From Phyllobates terribilis (Eukaryota), in assembly GCF_046119375.1 (NCBI RefSeq), contig NW_027362772.1:267716001-267780000 (forward strand): DNA of 64,000 nucleotides, written 5' to 3'. A program made the translations under genes and the position numbers. Position 1 is the first letter of the stretch. Each line of letters starts with the position of its first letter. Under the pieces are notes generated by a model that saw only the letters and a program-made list of their open reading frames with translations, was not told the origin of the DNA and made no database searches. Shown here in pieces: positions 26,288-37,935 of this stretch.

Positions 26288-27312
26288 TGACGCGCCCCCT
26301 GGGCCGTGTGTACATATATGTGGGATACCCGGTGCCGGGTCTCTGGGGTCTGTAGTCTCCGTGGCGGTGACCCGGTCCCGTGGCTCAGGCTGGTCAAACC
26401 AGTGGCAATCTTTCTTAGGTTTTGAGGTTAATTGTCTGACTGCGCCACCCGTGGATTGCGGTCAGGGAGTACCACCGCTGCGAGGCAGACCGCTGAGGCT
26501 GGTGTTGTGTGCGCAGCATAAAATGGGATAACTCCCCTCGGGAGGAGTATAGCCTCAGGGAAGTGAGTGTGGATGATGGGGGTGATGGTGCACGAGCGCA
26601 GCAGGAATGACTCAGAGTCTTTGCAGTGCAGTTCAGGGTCTTTACTGATGATTATAAGGTAGACCCTCCCGGGAGTACTGACTAGCATAAGAGGCCTGGT
26701 CAGTCTGTGAGCAAGCAGGAGTTCCCCTGGCCAGGTGGAGTTGTAGGCCTCCCCGTCTGTCTGCACTCTTCCTGGCTACCTTGCTGTAAGCGGGTAGAAG
26801 CAGCCCACGTCCCTGAGTGTACCGTGTAGTGCTCACCCGTATGGCTGGTGACTTGGGGCCTTCTGTTAGCCTCCGCTCCACGACGGCGGTGCTGGTCCTT
26901 TGCTTGTGACTGAGCCTCCGGGCTTCTATGGCCAGAGGACCTGAAATCCTCTGCCGGCTGGTTTCTGCTGCTGGATATATAAGTCCTCACAGCTTCGGAC
27001 TCCTGTGTCAGGTTCCTATTGTCTTCTGCCAGGGCGAGCTCTGCTCAGCTTCCAGCCCCTCGTCTTTAGCTCCTAGCTCCTACAGAGCTCCTTGCTGTTA
27101 CTTTCCCTTGCTCTCACTCTGACTCTGACTGTTCTCTGTTCTCTGACTCACTCAACCCCACCCCAGATCCAGTTTATAAGGGCAGAATTCTCCCCTCCCA
27201 GGACTGGGGCAGGAGGATGTTGCATGTTTAAGGGATCCTGACCAGGAAACCTCCCACTTGCTCTCCGACGTAATCTCTATTACTGTGGTGATCAGACCCC
27301 TGGGGTGCCACA
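26288..27312 (+). mobile_element. Solo LTR (1025 bp) inside hAT-B, related to the LTR carried by family A
   Basis: TGACGCGCCCCCTGGGCC...GGGGTGCCACA; 4-bp TSD CATG (26284-26287, 27313-27316). Shares blocks such as CCACCCGTGGATTGCGGTCAG and GGGAGGAGTATAGCCTCAGGG with 57073-58286. Confidence 0.85.
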
Positions 27313-27589
27313 CATGGCTCTTGTAAGGGGCATTGCAGTACCTCATAATTGTTGGAAAGCATTCCATTCACTGCTTAGGCCAACAGTGCACAGGAGACCC
27401 AGTTGCTATAAATGGAAAAAAAGGTTTAGTTAAGGCCCTCTGACCTCCCTGTCATTTCCAGGGGGCATTGGAGTGCCTCGAAATTTTTGGTAGGCATTGC
27501 ACTCACTGTATGCCCTATAACTGTGTAGCCGAACCGCTCCTTTTGTTACAGAAACATATCCTACAAGACATATCTGGTTGACTGGCCTG

Positions 27590-29195
27590 ATATTGATGTG
27601 AATGGTCCCTGTTCCTCCTGCTCTTTCTCCTTTGCCACTACCTCATCCATCATTTATCACCTGAAGCTTTGTTTTAACGGGAGTCATAGAACTTGGATAG
27701 TAGCAGGAAAACATCCAGCAATCCTCGGAGGAGGTAGGATATGCGCCAAAACGCTGACCTCCTCAGGCCTAGCCGCTACCACATACATGCGCTTGCATTA
27801 CAACAAAACAAAGCAGATGCTAACTTCTATCATCCTCATCATGCTCCTCACCTTGGCACTCTCAACTCCCCTGATGGAGAAGCCAGGGCCCACCGGAGGA
27901 GTCTGATAGTCCGGTGGGCTCGGCCAATGCTGCCCTAAAGCAGGCCAGGCTAAGAAAAGTGTGGGAAAGGTTACCTGTACAAATAGGGGTGGCTGGGGAC
28001 CGAGTATGGACACCCGGCCACCCCCTGGAGGCTGGGGAGCAAGCGGGGACACCCGGCCACCAGGCGGCTGGGGACTGAGTATGGATACCAGGCCGCCGAC
28101 ACAGCCATGGCGTGGTGGCCAGATTCCTCCTCCACATGCCTAAAAGGCCCAATTTAAAGTGCAAGCAAGCAAGCAGTATGGTATTGCAGCCTGGGGGTGG
28201 GTGGGTGGCAGGCTGCATACTTGCGCTTGCATTGCAAGGAATGGGAGAGGTACAATTGAACACTGCCCTGGGACAAGGACTTGAATGGGGATAGTTGCAA
28301 GTCTGCAACGACAGGTACAAGGTGGGAGGCATCTTCGCATGTACCATGAACAGGGGTTTGGCATGCACACACTACAGCGGAACAGGCTCTCCTTCCCACT
28401 AAATGCACTGTGGAGGGCACAGGTAATGTTTTGGTATACGCGCTTAATCTTATGTAAAAGGCACACCAATACAAATAGGGGCGTCTGGGGACTGAGTATG
28501 GATACCTCGCTGCCAGAGCAGCCATGAGGTATTGGCCAGCTTCGGCCTCCTCTAAACTAAAAGGCCCCATTTCAAGTGCAAGCTAGCAGTATGAATTGCA
28601 GTCTGGGGTTGGGTGGGTGGCAGGCTGCACACTTACACTTGCATTAAAAGAAAACATAGCAGATGCTAACTTCTGTCATCATCATCATGCTCCTCACCTT
28701 GGCACTCTCAACTCCACCAATGGAGAAGTCAGGGCCCACCGGAGGAGTCTGGTTCTCTGGTGGGCTCATCCAATGCTGCCTAAAGCAGGCCGGGCTAAGA
28801 AAAGTGTGTGGGGGGATGTTCCAAGGAGAAATGGGGGCGGCTGGGGACCGTTTATGGACACCCGACTGCCCCCAGGCGGCTGGGGACCATGTGGACACTC
28901 GGCCGCGGGGCGGCTGGGGACTGAGTATGGACACCCGGCCGCCGGGTGGCTGGGGACTGAGTATGGATTCCAGGCCGCCAACACAGCCATGACGTGGTGG
29001 CCAGATTCCGCCTCCACATGCCTAAAAGGCCCAATTTCAAGTTCAAGCAAGCAAGCAGTATGGTATTGCAGCCTGGGGGTGGGTGGGTGGCAGGCTGCAT
29101 ACTTGCGCTTGTATTGCAAGGAATGGGGGAGGTACAATTGAACACTGCCCTGGGACTAGAACTTGCATGGGGATAGTTGCAAGTCTGCATCTTCT
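27590..29195 (-). pseudogene. Rearranged, duplicated antisense hAT transposase fragments in hAT-B 3' region
   Basis: Minus-strand QGSVQLYLPHSLQYKRKYAACH...CLLELEIGPFRHVEAES..VMAVLAAWNPYSVPS aligns with B transposase SVQLSISQTFERKRKFAA...RLLALEMLPFRLVETES..LMAVAVPRYSVPS. ~850-880-bp tandem duplication (~27813 vs ~28659). Confidence 0.75.
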
Positions 29196-30277
29196 GATGC
29201 GGCAAGGATCACTTATGATTGGCACACTTTTAGACAGTGACCTGGGAGTCAGAGATGCCTCCAGGGGTCTTCCCCATGCTGTTCCCATGTCTTTTCAGCA
29301 CTTTATGCATGTGTCACACAGCACATGGCCAGATATGGTTGTAAAATGTTAAAATGACATTTCCCGATGAATGAATTTGTCATAGTTGAAAGCAATACAA
29401 AAGTGCAAAAACGCATAAAAAATGCTACTTGTGAACATAGCCGAAGGTGTGGAGGAGTATTTTTGTTTTTGGTCATTTATTTTAACTTATACACAAGTCT
29501 TTTCCCTGGAAAGGATGTTCCTTAACATATTTCACAGGAAAAAATTTCACTTTCGTTTTATTGTGAGCCTGTAAAAGTGGCTTAATACCTCTGACCACGT
29601 TGTTGACAGCAGTGACCTGGGGGTCAGAAATGCTTCCTGGGGTGATCCCCATGCTGTCCCCATGTCATTTGAGCACTGTGACTATCGTTTTGGGCACTTG
29701 TTAGGCTTTTAAAAGACTGCCGGGGGTGCCACCGTAAAAATGCTAGAGTCTCCCAGAGACTAACATTGGGCTCGTTGCTCGGGTCGAGCACCCGAGTACC
29801 ACGGCGAGATCGGCCCGAGCTTCGAGCACCCGAGCATTTTAGTGCTCGCTCAACACTAATAATAACATGATTTTAAAGCAAGCAGACAAAATGGAGTTGC
29901 TCTAGCATGAGTATCAATATGTCTTTTACACTTGGATAGCATGTATATTAATATGTCCTTTACATTCCCCCCTAAAAATTATGTTATTATCAACAATAGA
30001 GGTGCTTTCCCAGGGTCATGCTTTGAGCCTGAGGGACATTGGTCTTCACTCAATTAGTGCCCTTGTTACCAATCGAGGCTGTCGCGGCATGTCCATCCCC
30101 CCTTGTTTGTTGACATAATCATAAAGCTCAGATCTTCAGACGTGAGGTTGGTTGGGGCAAGCGGGTAAAGGTCATCATTCCCTTGTCATCCAGGTCCTCA
30201 ATGCTGGTTACATCTGGGAGGTCCGTGTATAGTAGCACTGGATGTCGGTTAACAGCGTCCTCCTTGCTCTCTGATGA

Positions 30278-31173
30278 CTAGCAGGTTTTCCTCATGCAAA
30301 ATGGGATACAATAAAAGACTAGTTTTAGTAAAACATATATTAACAAGACGCAAGCAGCAATATGCAACACTCCTTGTAATATTCCAGCAATCCATCCACC
30401 AATCCCTTTAAATCAATTAGCAGGATTTAAAAAGGAAAATGTATCAGACCACCAACTGTCTTTCGTCAATTCATTATGTTTGTTATACTCTTCCCTGAGT
30501 TTCCTAATGTCTTCGATTTTAGTCTTTAACCGTCGGGGTCAATATAGTGACAACAGGCTCAGCCTATAACCTGACACATCCCTCCTTGAGCTGCTGTCAA
30601 ATAGTCCAGCACTAAAGTATGTTGATTAGCCACTATAATAAGTTGATTCTGCACTGCAACAGTAGTATTAATTACTTCCAAAATATTCCAAATCTGGTCA
30701 TCTAAGTAATCAATGACTTCCACTAATTTGTCCCACATTTGTGTTACCATAGGGTAAAGGAAGACAGTACTGGCTATCTTATTGGGTATACTCATTTGTA
30801 CTAAATGAGGTCTTCCTGATGGGCATGGGGTGTTGTCCTTAGCACGTTTATAGATGGTATGAAGAGGGATGGATCTCATATCTACTTTTCTATGGGGAAT
30901 AAGTTAAGTGGCTGGAGTTAGCCGGGCCAACGTACAAGTCCCCCCTACTCCGACTGGGGGCCATTTATACACATTATTCCCACAGACCCAATATGTGGCT
31001 GATGGGAGGTCCCATAAAACAGAGTGCTGTAATACTAATTTATGTACCAAATCGATAAAAACGGTGTTATTTGATAACATACACCATGAAGGCATTTGTC
31101 CCAGGGGGCTACAATATCCAACATCCGGGTTGTCACATGTTGGATCACTAGGCTTATATTCAGAAAATTCATG
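30278..31173 (-). pseudogene. env: ERV env remnants (SU C-terminal part and TM)
   Basis: YWVCG..KWPP..GGTCTLARL; ISD-like NQHTLVLDYLTAAQGGMCQVIG; membrane-proximal and TM DSWWSDTFSFLNPAN*FKGIGGWIAGILQGVLHIAACVLLIYVLLKLVFYCIPFC. Contains stops and frameshifts. Confidence 0.85.
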
Positions 31174-33058
31174 TTTTACTGCTGTTGGGGTTGTCAGGAG
31201 CACTTGATATGGTCCGTCATACAGTGGTTCTAGTCCGTGTTTCCAAACATGCTTCTTCACATACACATAATCTCCAGGCTTGAGGGTATGACAACCCTCT
31301 GCATCAGCTGGATCTGGAATAGAAGGTGATACTAACTCATGGGTGTTAGTTAAGGCTTTGGCAAGCTGAATCACATATTGCACAACATAATCTGTTTCTT
31401 CTGATAATTGTTGTGGGGTAAATCTAGCTATAGCTGGTTGTGACCCAAATAGTATCTCATAGGGTGACGGTTTATGTTTCCCTATGGGGGTGGTGCGTAT
31501 GTGATATAGTGCAATGGGAAGGAGCTCAGGCCACTGGGCCGTAGTCTCCTGCATCATTTTGGTTAATTGCCTTTTCAGTGTGCCATTCAATCTCTCCACC
31601 TTGACGGTGGATGGTAAGGAGTATGTAACGTCACTGTTGATCCGATCATGGTAAGTATTTCTTGATATACACATGATGAAAAGGCTTCTTGGCGGTAGTC
31701 TCACAGGAGAACCTGCAGTCGTGACAAAGCCTCTCCTTGCCCAGATCTCCCCAAAATCATGTGCAATCCCGAAGACGTATCTCGAGTTAGTAAATATATT
31801 CACACGTCTTCCTTCGGCCTGTTTACAAGCAGCAATCAGGGCTTTGAGCTCTGCTTCCTGTGCTGACATACTGGGGGGTAAGGCTACAGCCTCCACCAAT
31901 GTATCTTCAGTTGTGACAGCATATCCAGTATCCAGTATGAAACCTGCCAGAGGTGTCAACATATCTGGATCCATCCGTATATAACGTAAGTTCTGGGTCA
32001 TCCAAGGGTACTTCCCCCACTAGAACAAGTGGAGTTGACTCCGCATTAATTTGTTCCAGACAATTATGCGGTGGAGCCTCTTTCCCCTCTCCTTCAGGTG
32101 CTGGGAGCAGGGTGGCTGGGTTGATGGTGGTGCACCGGTGTAATTTCACATTTTCTGGCAAAATCAACATACACTGCAGCCCCAGGTGTCTATGTGTAGA
32201 CAGATGTTTAGGTTGCTGTGTGGCGTGAACCGCTCGTAGACAGCTGGGGGAGGCCCTGGCTTCCGGGTCCAGATGCACTGAGTAATACCCGACTGGGCGC
32301 TGCTTTGTACAGTGTCTCTGCGTGAGTACTCCGGCTGCATGCCCTCCTGTCTCAGAGACATACAAATGGAAAGGTTGAGCATAGTCTGGATTTCCAAGGG
32401 CAGGGGCTGTCATTATCCTTGACTTTAGTTGTTCAAAGGCTTGTTGCAGCAGTTCTTGGTGGTCCTTGTTGTTTACATCAGCCAGAGTGTCTTCTTTTAA
32501 TGCATCATATAAGGGCTGCATCAGACGTGAGGCGTCTGGGATCCATTCTCTGCAATATGTACATAGTCCGAGGAACCTTTGCAGCTCTATGGGATCTTTT
32601 GGGAATGGTAGTAGGTAGATGTCAGTCTTCCTTTCTTCTGTGAGATGTCTGGCACCCTGAGTAAGGCAGTGGCCTAAGAAGACCACTTGACCAAGGCAAA
32701 ACTGAAGTTTTGAGGCTGAGACTCGACAATTCAGTTTTGCTAGATGCATGAGGATGCTAACACTGGCCCTGATGGACATTTGCTCCGTGGGGGCACACAA
32801 AAGAAGATCATCCACGTATTGTAAAAGTACTACCTCAGAGTTGTCCAGCTGCCACAGCAGCAGACAGCTAGACATGATCTTTGCAAACTGATTAGGGCTA
32901 TTCTGCGCACCCTGCGGCATCACCGTCCAAGTCATTTGCCTGCCCTGATATGTAAATGCAAACAGAAACTGACAGTCTTTGTGTAGTGGAATGCTAATAA
33001 AAAAAAAAAAAACGTTTGCTAAATCAATTACTGTAAACCAGACAACGTGTATGTGCAT
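31174..33058 (-). pseudogene. pol: ERV pol remnant (RT, RNase H, integrase C-terminal part) with deletions
   Basis: FTVIDLAN, MPQGAQNSP, LLQYVDDLLL, LYTDGSR, SAQEAEL, VERLNGTLK, GPYQVLLTTPTAVK. Frameshift at a short tandem duplication near 31925. Confidence 0.92.
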
Positions 33059-33506
33059 CTATTAAAAGCTTAAGGATATATGACCATCTAGAAAATTAGT
33101 TTACATCACCATATTTTAGCCCTAATGTCAAAGTGGACATAAATATGTGCAGTTGAGGGTAGTGGATTGATTAGCCAACTTATCCTGAGCCCATATTTGA
33201 AGGGCTTGACAGAAGTCAACCCCACTCTCATACGTATTGGCGTCTAATGCTCTGTCACACACTGATCATGATGATCTTCCTCATACACATTCTGGGTGTA
33301 GTGTGTATTGCTGCCTGTATTCTGGGTGTGCCCAGATGGCCGCCACCAGAAGGAACCATGCTACAGGAAGGGTGCACCAAGATGGCCACCACCAAAGGGA
33401 CATCTGGTCAGAGGCCGGAGGTGATGCAATGAGTGTAGCAACATGGTCGCTGCAGGAAGGGTTGGAACTTTGGGCGGACATAGGTATAACAGATGAGGAT
33501 GGGGCA

Positions 33507-33752
33507 CTAGGAGTGGCTTGGGCAGTAGCGAGGGGTGGGCCTTCTGGACCCTGGATGGGGTGCATGACATGCAACACAATAATCTGCTGACAATGGATTC
33601 TGCTGGCCACAATTAGAACATTCCCAACAATTCATTACGCCGCCATTTTCGGAGAGCAGTATCTTTGTAATACACATAACATAGCGTCTTTCCCTTATTG
33701 TCTGTATTTTCTTCCTCCATTCACCCTTTTTTCCCTTTTTTTTTTTTGACAA
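33507..33752 (-). CDS. ERV 5' ORF segment encoding a RanBP2-type (C4) zinc finger
   Basis: WECSNCGQQNPLSADYCVAC (33567-33626) fits W-x-C-x2-C-x3-N-x6-C-x2-C. The frame joins the upstream open frame (~33900-33750) if the A12 run at 33736-33747 is A11. Confidence 0.6.
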   Translation of the reverse strand: MSKKKKGKKGEWRKKIQTIRERRYVMCITKILLSENGGVMNCWECSNCGQQNPLSADYCVACHAPHPGSRRPTPRYCPSHS

Positions 33753-34304
33753 ATTCTCTGCTGTTCCATATCAAGCCAAGGCTGTTTCCTATCTTAGCAG
33801 CTGTAACTGGGTGCTTTTCTGGCAGCGCGCATATTTTAGTTAACCATTTAAGTTCCTCCACATACATTTTTCCTTCTTTCAATAAACTCAGCGCAGCCTT
33901 TTTTCACATCAGCTGCATTTTGTAGCACTAAACAGTCACAGTGCTAGATAATTCTCCCTTCTTTGCATAAAAATAATTAAAACAACCAGGCTTCGTCTCC
34001 TCCTCTGTTTCAACATACCCCTCACCACAAATCTCATGTGCAACTTTCCTGAACTTTTCAGCGTCTTCCAACAATCCACAGTCAACTAATCTACCCCTTT
34101 TCTGCTGGATGCCTTCATCCCACAACGCAAGCTGAAGCCTTCCCCTCTAGTAGCGAGGGGTGGGCCTCCTCTGCAAGCGATACGGCGGATGGCAGGCTGA
34201 GGTCTCTCTCCCACAGGAAAATTTAACACCTTAAACATTTTTAGTGCATTCTTAAATTATCTTTTCTCTTCTCGACCGATCATGATATTCATCACATCCT
34301 CTCC

Positions 34305-34405
34305 CTCCTGTCTCTCTCTCTTCTCTCCTGTCTCTCTCTCTTCTCTCCTGTCTCTCTCTCTCTCTCACCTCCTGTCTCTCTCTCTCTCTCTCTCTCTCAC
34401 CTCCT
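34305..34405. repeat. (TC)n-rich microsatellite in the ERV leader
   Basis: Repeated CCTGTCTCTCTCTC blocks. Confidence 0.85.
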
Positions 34406-35049
34406 CCAGGGGAGACAAATTATTTCTGCTCCACGGAAACATTGATTAATCACTACAACTGACAAAAAAAAAATCCTTAATTTGTGCACAGCAGAGTCGG
34501 CCGGACCTCCCAGCTGTTCCACTGATTTTTTTTTTTTAATTCACCCCTCCCATCGGGGAAATCGTACAGACGGCTAATGAAAGGAGGAGCGCTTTTGCAG
34601 CTTTTCAGCACTCCGGACACTCGATATATGTATATCTATGTATATCTACGTGCGTGCCCTACCCAATCTTCGATCACCTGCCGCGACTGAAACTCACAGT
34701 GTCCAGTCTCCTAAGGACCTTTGTCAGAAGTTGAGAAAGATTCACACAATATTCACTTGTCAATCCGAGGTGATACTGTTCTGAAAGTAAATAATATCAG
34801 ACCCCTAATGGGACTACACCCCTTATAGTCTCACCTTTGACTATATCCAACCAGGATGTCCAGAGATACTGCAAACAACCACACACCACGTGGAAACCAC
34901 GCCAAATGGTCAGTGTCACTAGTAAAGAACTTGTGCACTTACCGTGGCCTTTTGTGGGGGATGATCAGTCCCAATTCCAGTGGGGGAGGCTGAAATCAAA
35001 AGTCTCTCTTTGTGGACATCCAGAGGTGGAGGGGCGTCACTGGTTAGGG

Positions 35050-35067
35050 ATCTGAGTCACGGCACCA
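35050..35067 (-). promoter_or_regulatory. ERV primer-binding site, tRNA-His
   Basis: TGGTGCCGTGACTCAGAT, 2 nt from the 5' LTR end; one mismatch to the canonical His PBS TGGTGCCGTGACTCGGAT. Confidence 0.85.
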
Positions 35068-35069
35068 GC

Positions 35070-35596
35070 TGTTAAGGGAGAGCAATGGCCCTTCACGGTT
35101 GACCAAGTGAGTGTCAAATTATTATGTTGATTGCGCAATCCAACAGAGAACCAGACGGAGACAGTGCTTGCTCTGTATGGGAGGATTCAAAAGAATCTCT
35201 GATCCCGTTTATTTTGCTTAGCATTTTATATTGTTTTGAGCTTATTAATGTCCAATCATCTACACCCATACTACAGGCTTGAACCAATGTTAGTACAATT
35301 ATTACGGAAATACACATATGGTCATATTATCGTTAGTTCGGTGCATGGTGGAAATGTACAAGGTCAATCCTGGCCTAGACTAGTTAGATAACAGGAGCGG
35401 GGTGTCTGACCAAATGTTCTTGAGATAAAAAGTTAGTGTGGGAAAGTTCCATGGGAAGAGAAAGAAAGAATGTATGTTATGCAAGGAGTGATAATAACAT
35501 GATTTTAAAGCAAGCAGACAAAATGGAGTTGCTCTAGCATGAGTATCAATATGTCTTTTACACTTGGATAGCATGAATATTAATATGCCCTTTACA
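35070..35596 (-). repeat. ERV 5' LTR (527 bp, uninterrupted)
   Basis: Minus strand TGTAAAGG...CCTTAACA; contains the empty hAT-B target site. Confidence 0.93.
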
Positions 35597-37777
35597 GGAC
35601 AAGGGCGTGGCAACCTCTAATTGTTAAATTCATGACATTACGCCGCAACTCCATGACTGGAGTACGCTTTGTGGTGAGGAGCACACCACCTTTCAGACAC
35701 TCCTGATTGATTAAGAGGCACATCTGACTCCATTATGCCTCCTCATCTAGATGAATCTGGGCAATAATTTTATGAAAACTTAGGCCACAATTCATCCATT
35801 TCTCCAGAATTCTAGCATAAATTGCTTTGAAAAGTTGCAAAGTTTATGTGCAACTCGAAGTTTGTTTCAGCTCCTCCAAAATGGATGGAGCTGGGGCAGT
35901 ACAGGGGTGTGATGGGGGTGACAGTATAACTCTTCTAATTTATGATGAGCTGTGACACTCCCTAAGCCATAAATTATACTCCAGTCAGTGATTGGAATAA
36001 GATTTGTGGTGAGAAGCACGGTGGCGCACGTCACTCGTCAGCAGCTCCTGATTCATAAGGAGGCGTGCACCTCTTCATGAATCAGAAGCATCTGACTCCA
36101 CCATGTCCCTTCGTTAACACGGGTGAAAAAATCGCCGGCATTGATGAATCAGAGCCTTTGCTTTTATGTCAGAGAAAATACTAGGAGGAAGCCTTCTTTG
36201 AATACAGGTTCTAGCCCCCCACAGAACTGATATCCAGGAAAAAAATTCTGCTTTGATGATGGATCTAAGTCTATCAAGCTGTCTTTGCTATGTATTTGTT
36301 TTTCGAAGGTGGGCATCTGTTATGTCATTGTGCCCCCAATATGTCACCAAGTATGGGTATTTGCAAGCATTGCCTTATGACAGCCATTCCTTTCCAGGTA
36401 AACTTTAATAGGATGAAAATTTTCTTAATGATGATGATGAGTTCTCTATTGATCGAGTTACATCGCACACACAGCCAGCAGATGGCAGTCCGGCATAAGT
36501 GGATACAGGAAAATCAGATTGTAAGCAAGATCAAATGTAATAAGGGTGAATGCTATCCTCAGGGATTTCACTTTAGAAGAGCAGGGATAGAAAATAATGT
36601 CTGAAAAAAAAAACAAATCCAGTTTGGGAATATCTAGAGACAAGAAGCATGGAGATTTTTGACTTGCATATTATTTGACTGTGTGACAAGAAGACTCAAC
36701 AATGATGGTACATTTAACTCTATCCACTGACAGATCGGCCAGATGTGCCTTGTTTTTGTAAAACCACAATACTTTTTTTTTCTTTTTTTAAGCCCTGAGG
36801 AAAATTAGACTCCTGCTGTACAGTGTTTTTTATATCCAGAAGTATCAGTCTGTCTGACACAAACAGAGTCAACTGCTCTACGTAAATACATAAATTTTCT
36901 TTTCTTTTGTGCTCAACACAATTATATTTATTCCTGTTGTTTAATAAGTATAAATACTGCAGGTAGAATGATGCCCTGTCTGGTACTTTCTGTAGGTGCC
37001 CTGTCTGGTACTTTCTATATATAACCCCTAACAATACAGTCCAGTGCCATATTTTAAGTGCCATACAATATGGCACCCCAATAATAAAGCTATACATGAG
37101 CAAACAATATTTACAAACACTTGTCTACTAAAGATGAGCAAATTGATTTGGTGCAAATCAAATTTGTGTTAAAATATTTAGGAATTCCCAGAGCACTCAC
37201 CTAAAAATGCCACAGACATTTTACTCATTGCAGAACATTTCATCGGCCAGAGAAAGATCACATGACCCCAGGCATGGCCAGGTGGGCTTCCCTATAATGC
37301 CTTGCAGCTATCACATCAGATGAGGAACCATCATAGCCAATGTAAAAGCCACGGCAGGGAATGCAGCAGCCATGTTGTACTAAATCAGAATAGTGAAGGG
37401 ACGTTAATCTCACAGTGTATCCATAGGCGTAGGAAAATATGGCCATAAAATACTGAAGAAACAGTACAGTCAGAGTGTGACAGCACAGCAGTGAAGAAGA
37501 GCCACCATCTGTTTACCAATAGATGTATTTATGGTGAGGTCACTTTGATATTAATAAAGTTGTTTTGCTTTAAAAGCTTAACAGCGGCTTGATAGAGTCC
37601 AACAAGACCCAATTGCCTGTCAAAATCCAATGAAGGTGGAACACAGTTGCCTATACAGCAATGCAGTACAATGCCATGAGCATCATCCACTGAAATACAC
37701 TTTATACTGTTCAATAAATATCAAGAAATTTTGCTTAAAAATTGCCTTATTTTACACAAATAACAACATATATTGCA

Positions 37778-37935
37778 NNNNNNNNNNNNNNNNNNNNNNN
37801 NNNNNNNNNNNNNNNNNNNNNNNNNNNNNNNNNNNNNNNNNNNNNNNNNNNNNNNNNNNNNNNNNNNNNNNNNNNNNNNNNNNNNNNNNNNNNNNNNNNN
37901 NNNNNNNNNNNNNNNNNNNNNNNNNNNNNNNNNNN
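37778..37935. other. Assembly gap (158 N)
   Basis: N run; it hides the outer ~24 bp of the Gypsy 3' LTR and its TSD. Confidence 1.

Larger units (their letters stand above)
19901..29858 (+). mobile_element. hAT DNA transposon family B (9958 bp)
   Basis: Perfect 12-bp TIR TAGTGTTGAGCG/CGCTCAACACTA. 8-bp TSD ATAATAAC (19893-19900, 29859-29866), present only once in the sister LTR (~35491). CGAGCA-rich subtermini. Confidence 0.95.
19472..29964 (-). repeat. ERV 3' LTR in two pieces (19472-19900 and 29867-29964), interrupted by hAT-B
   Basis: The joined pieces total 527 bp and align end to end with 35070-35596 (about 15 substitutions by manual count). Confidence 0.93.
19472..35596 (-). mobile_element. 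Endogenous retrovirus (class I, gamma/epsilon-like), internally deleted (~6.2 kb without hAT-B)
   Basis: Two 527-bp TG..CA LTRs, 4-bp TSD GGAC (19468-19471, 35597-35600), tRNA-His PBS, PPT at 29965-29973, RT YVDD, RNase H, IN and env ISD. Inserted into a MITE with GGGTCAGATTCATC (19305) / GATGAATCTGGGC (~35750) ends. Confidence 0.92.
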
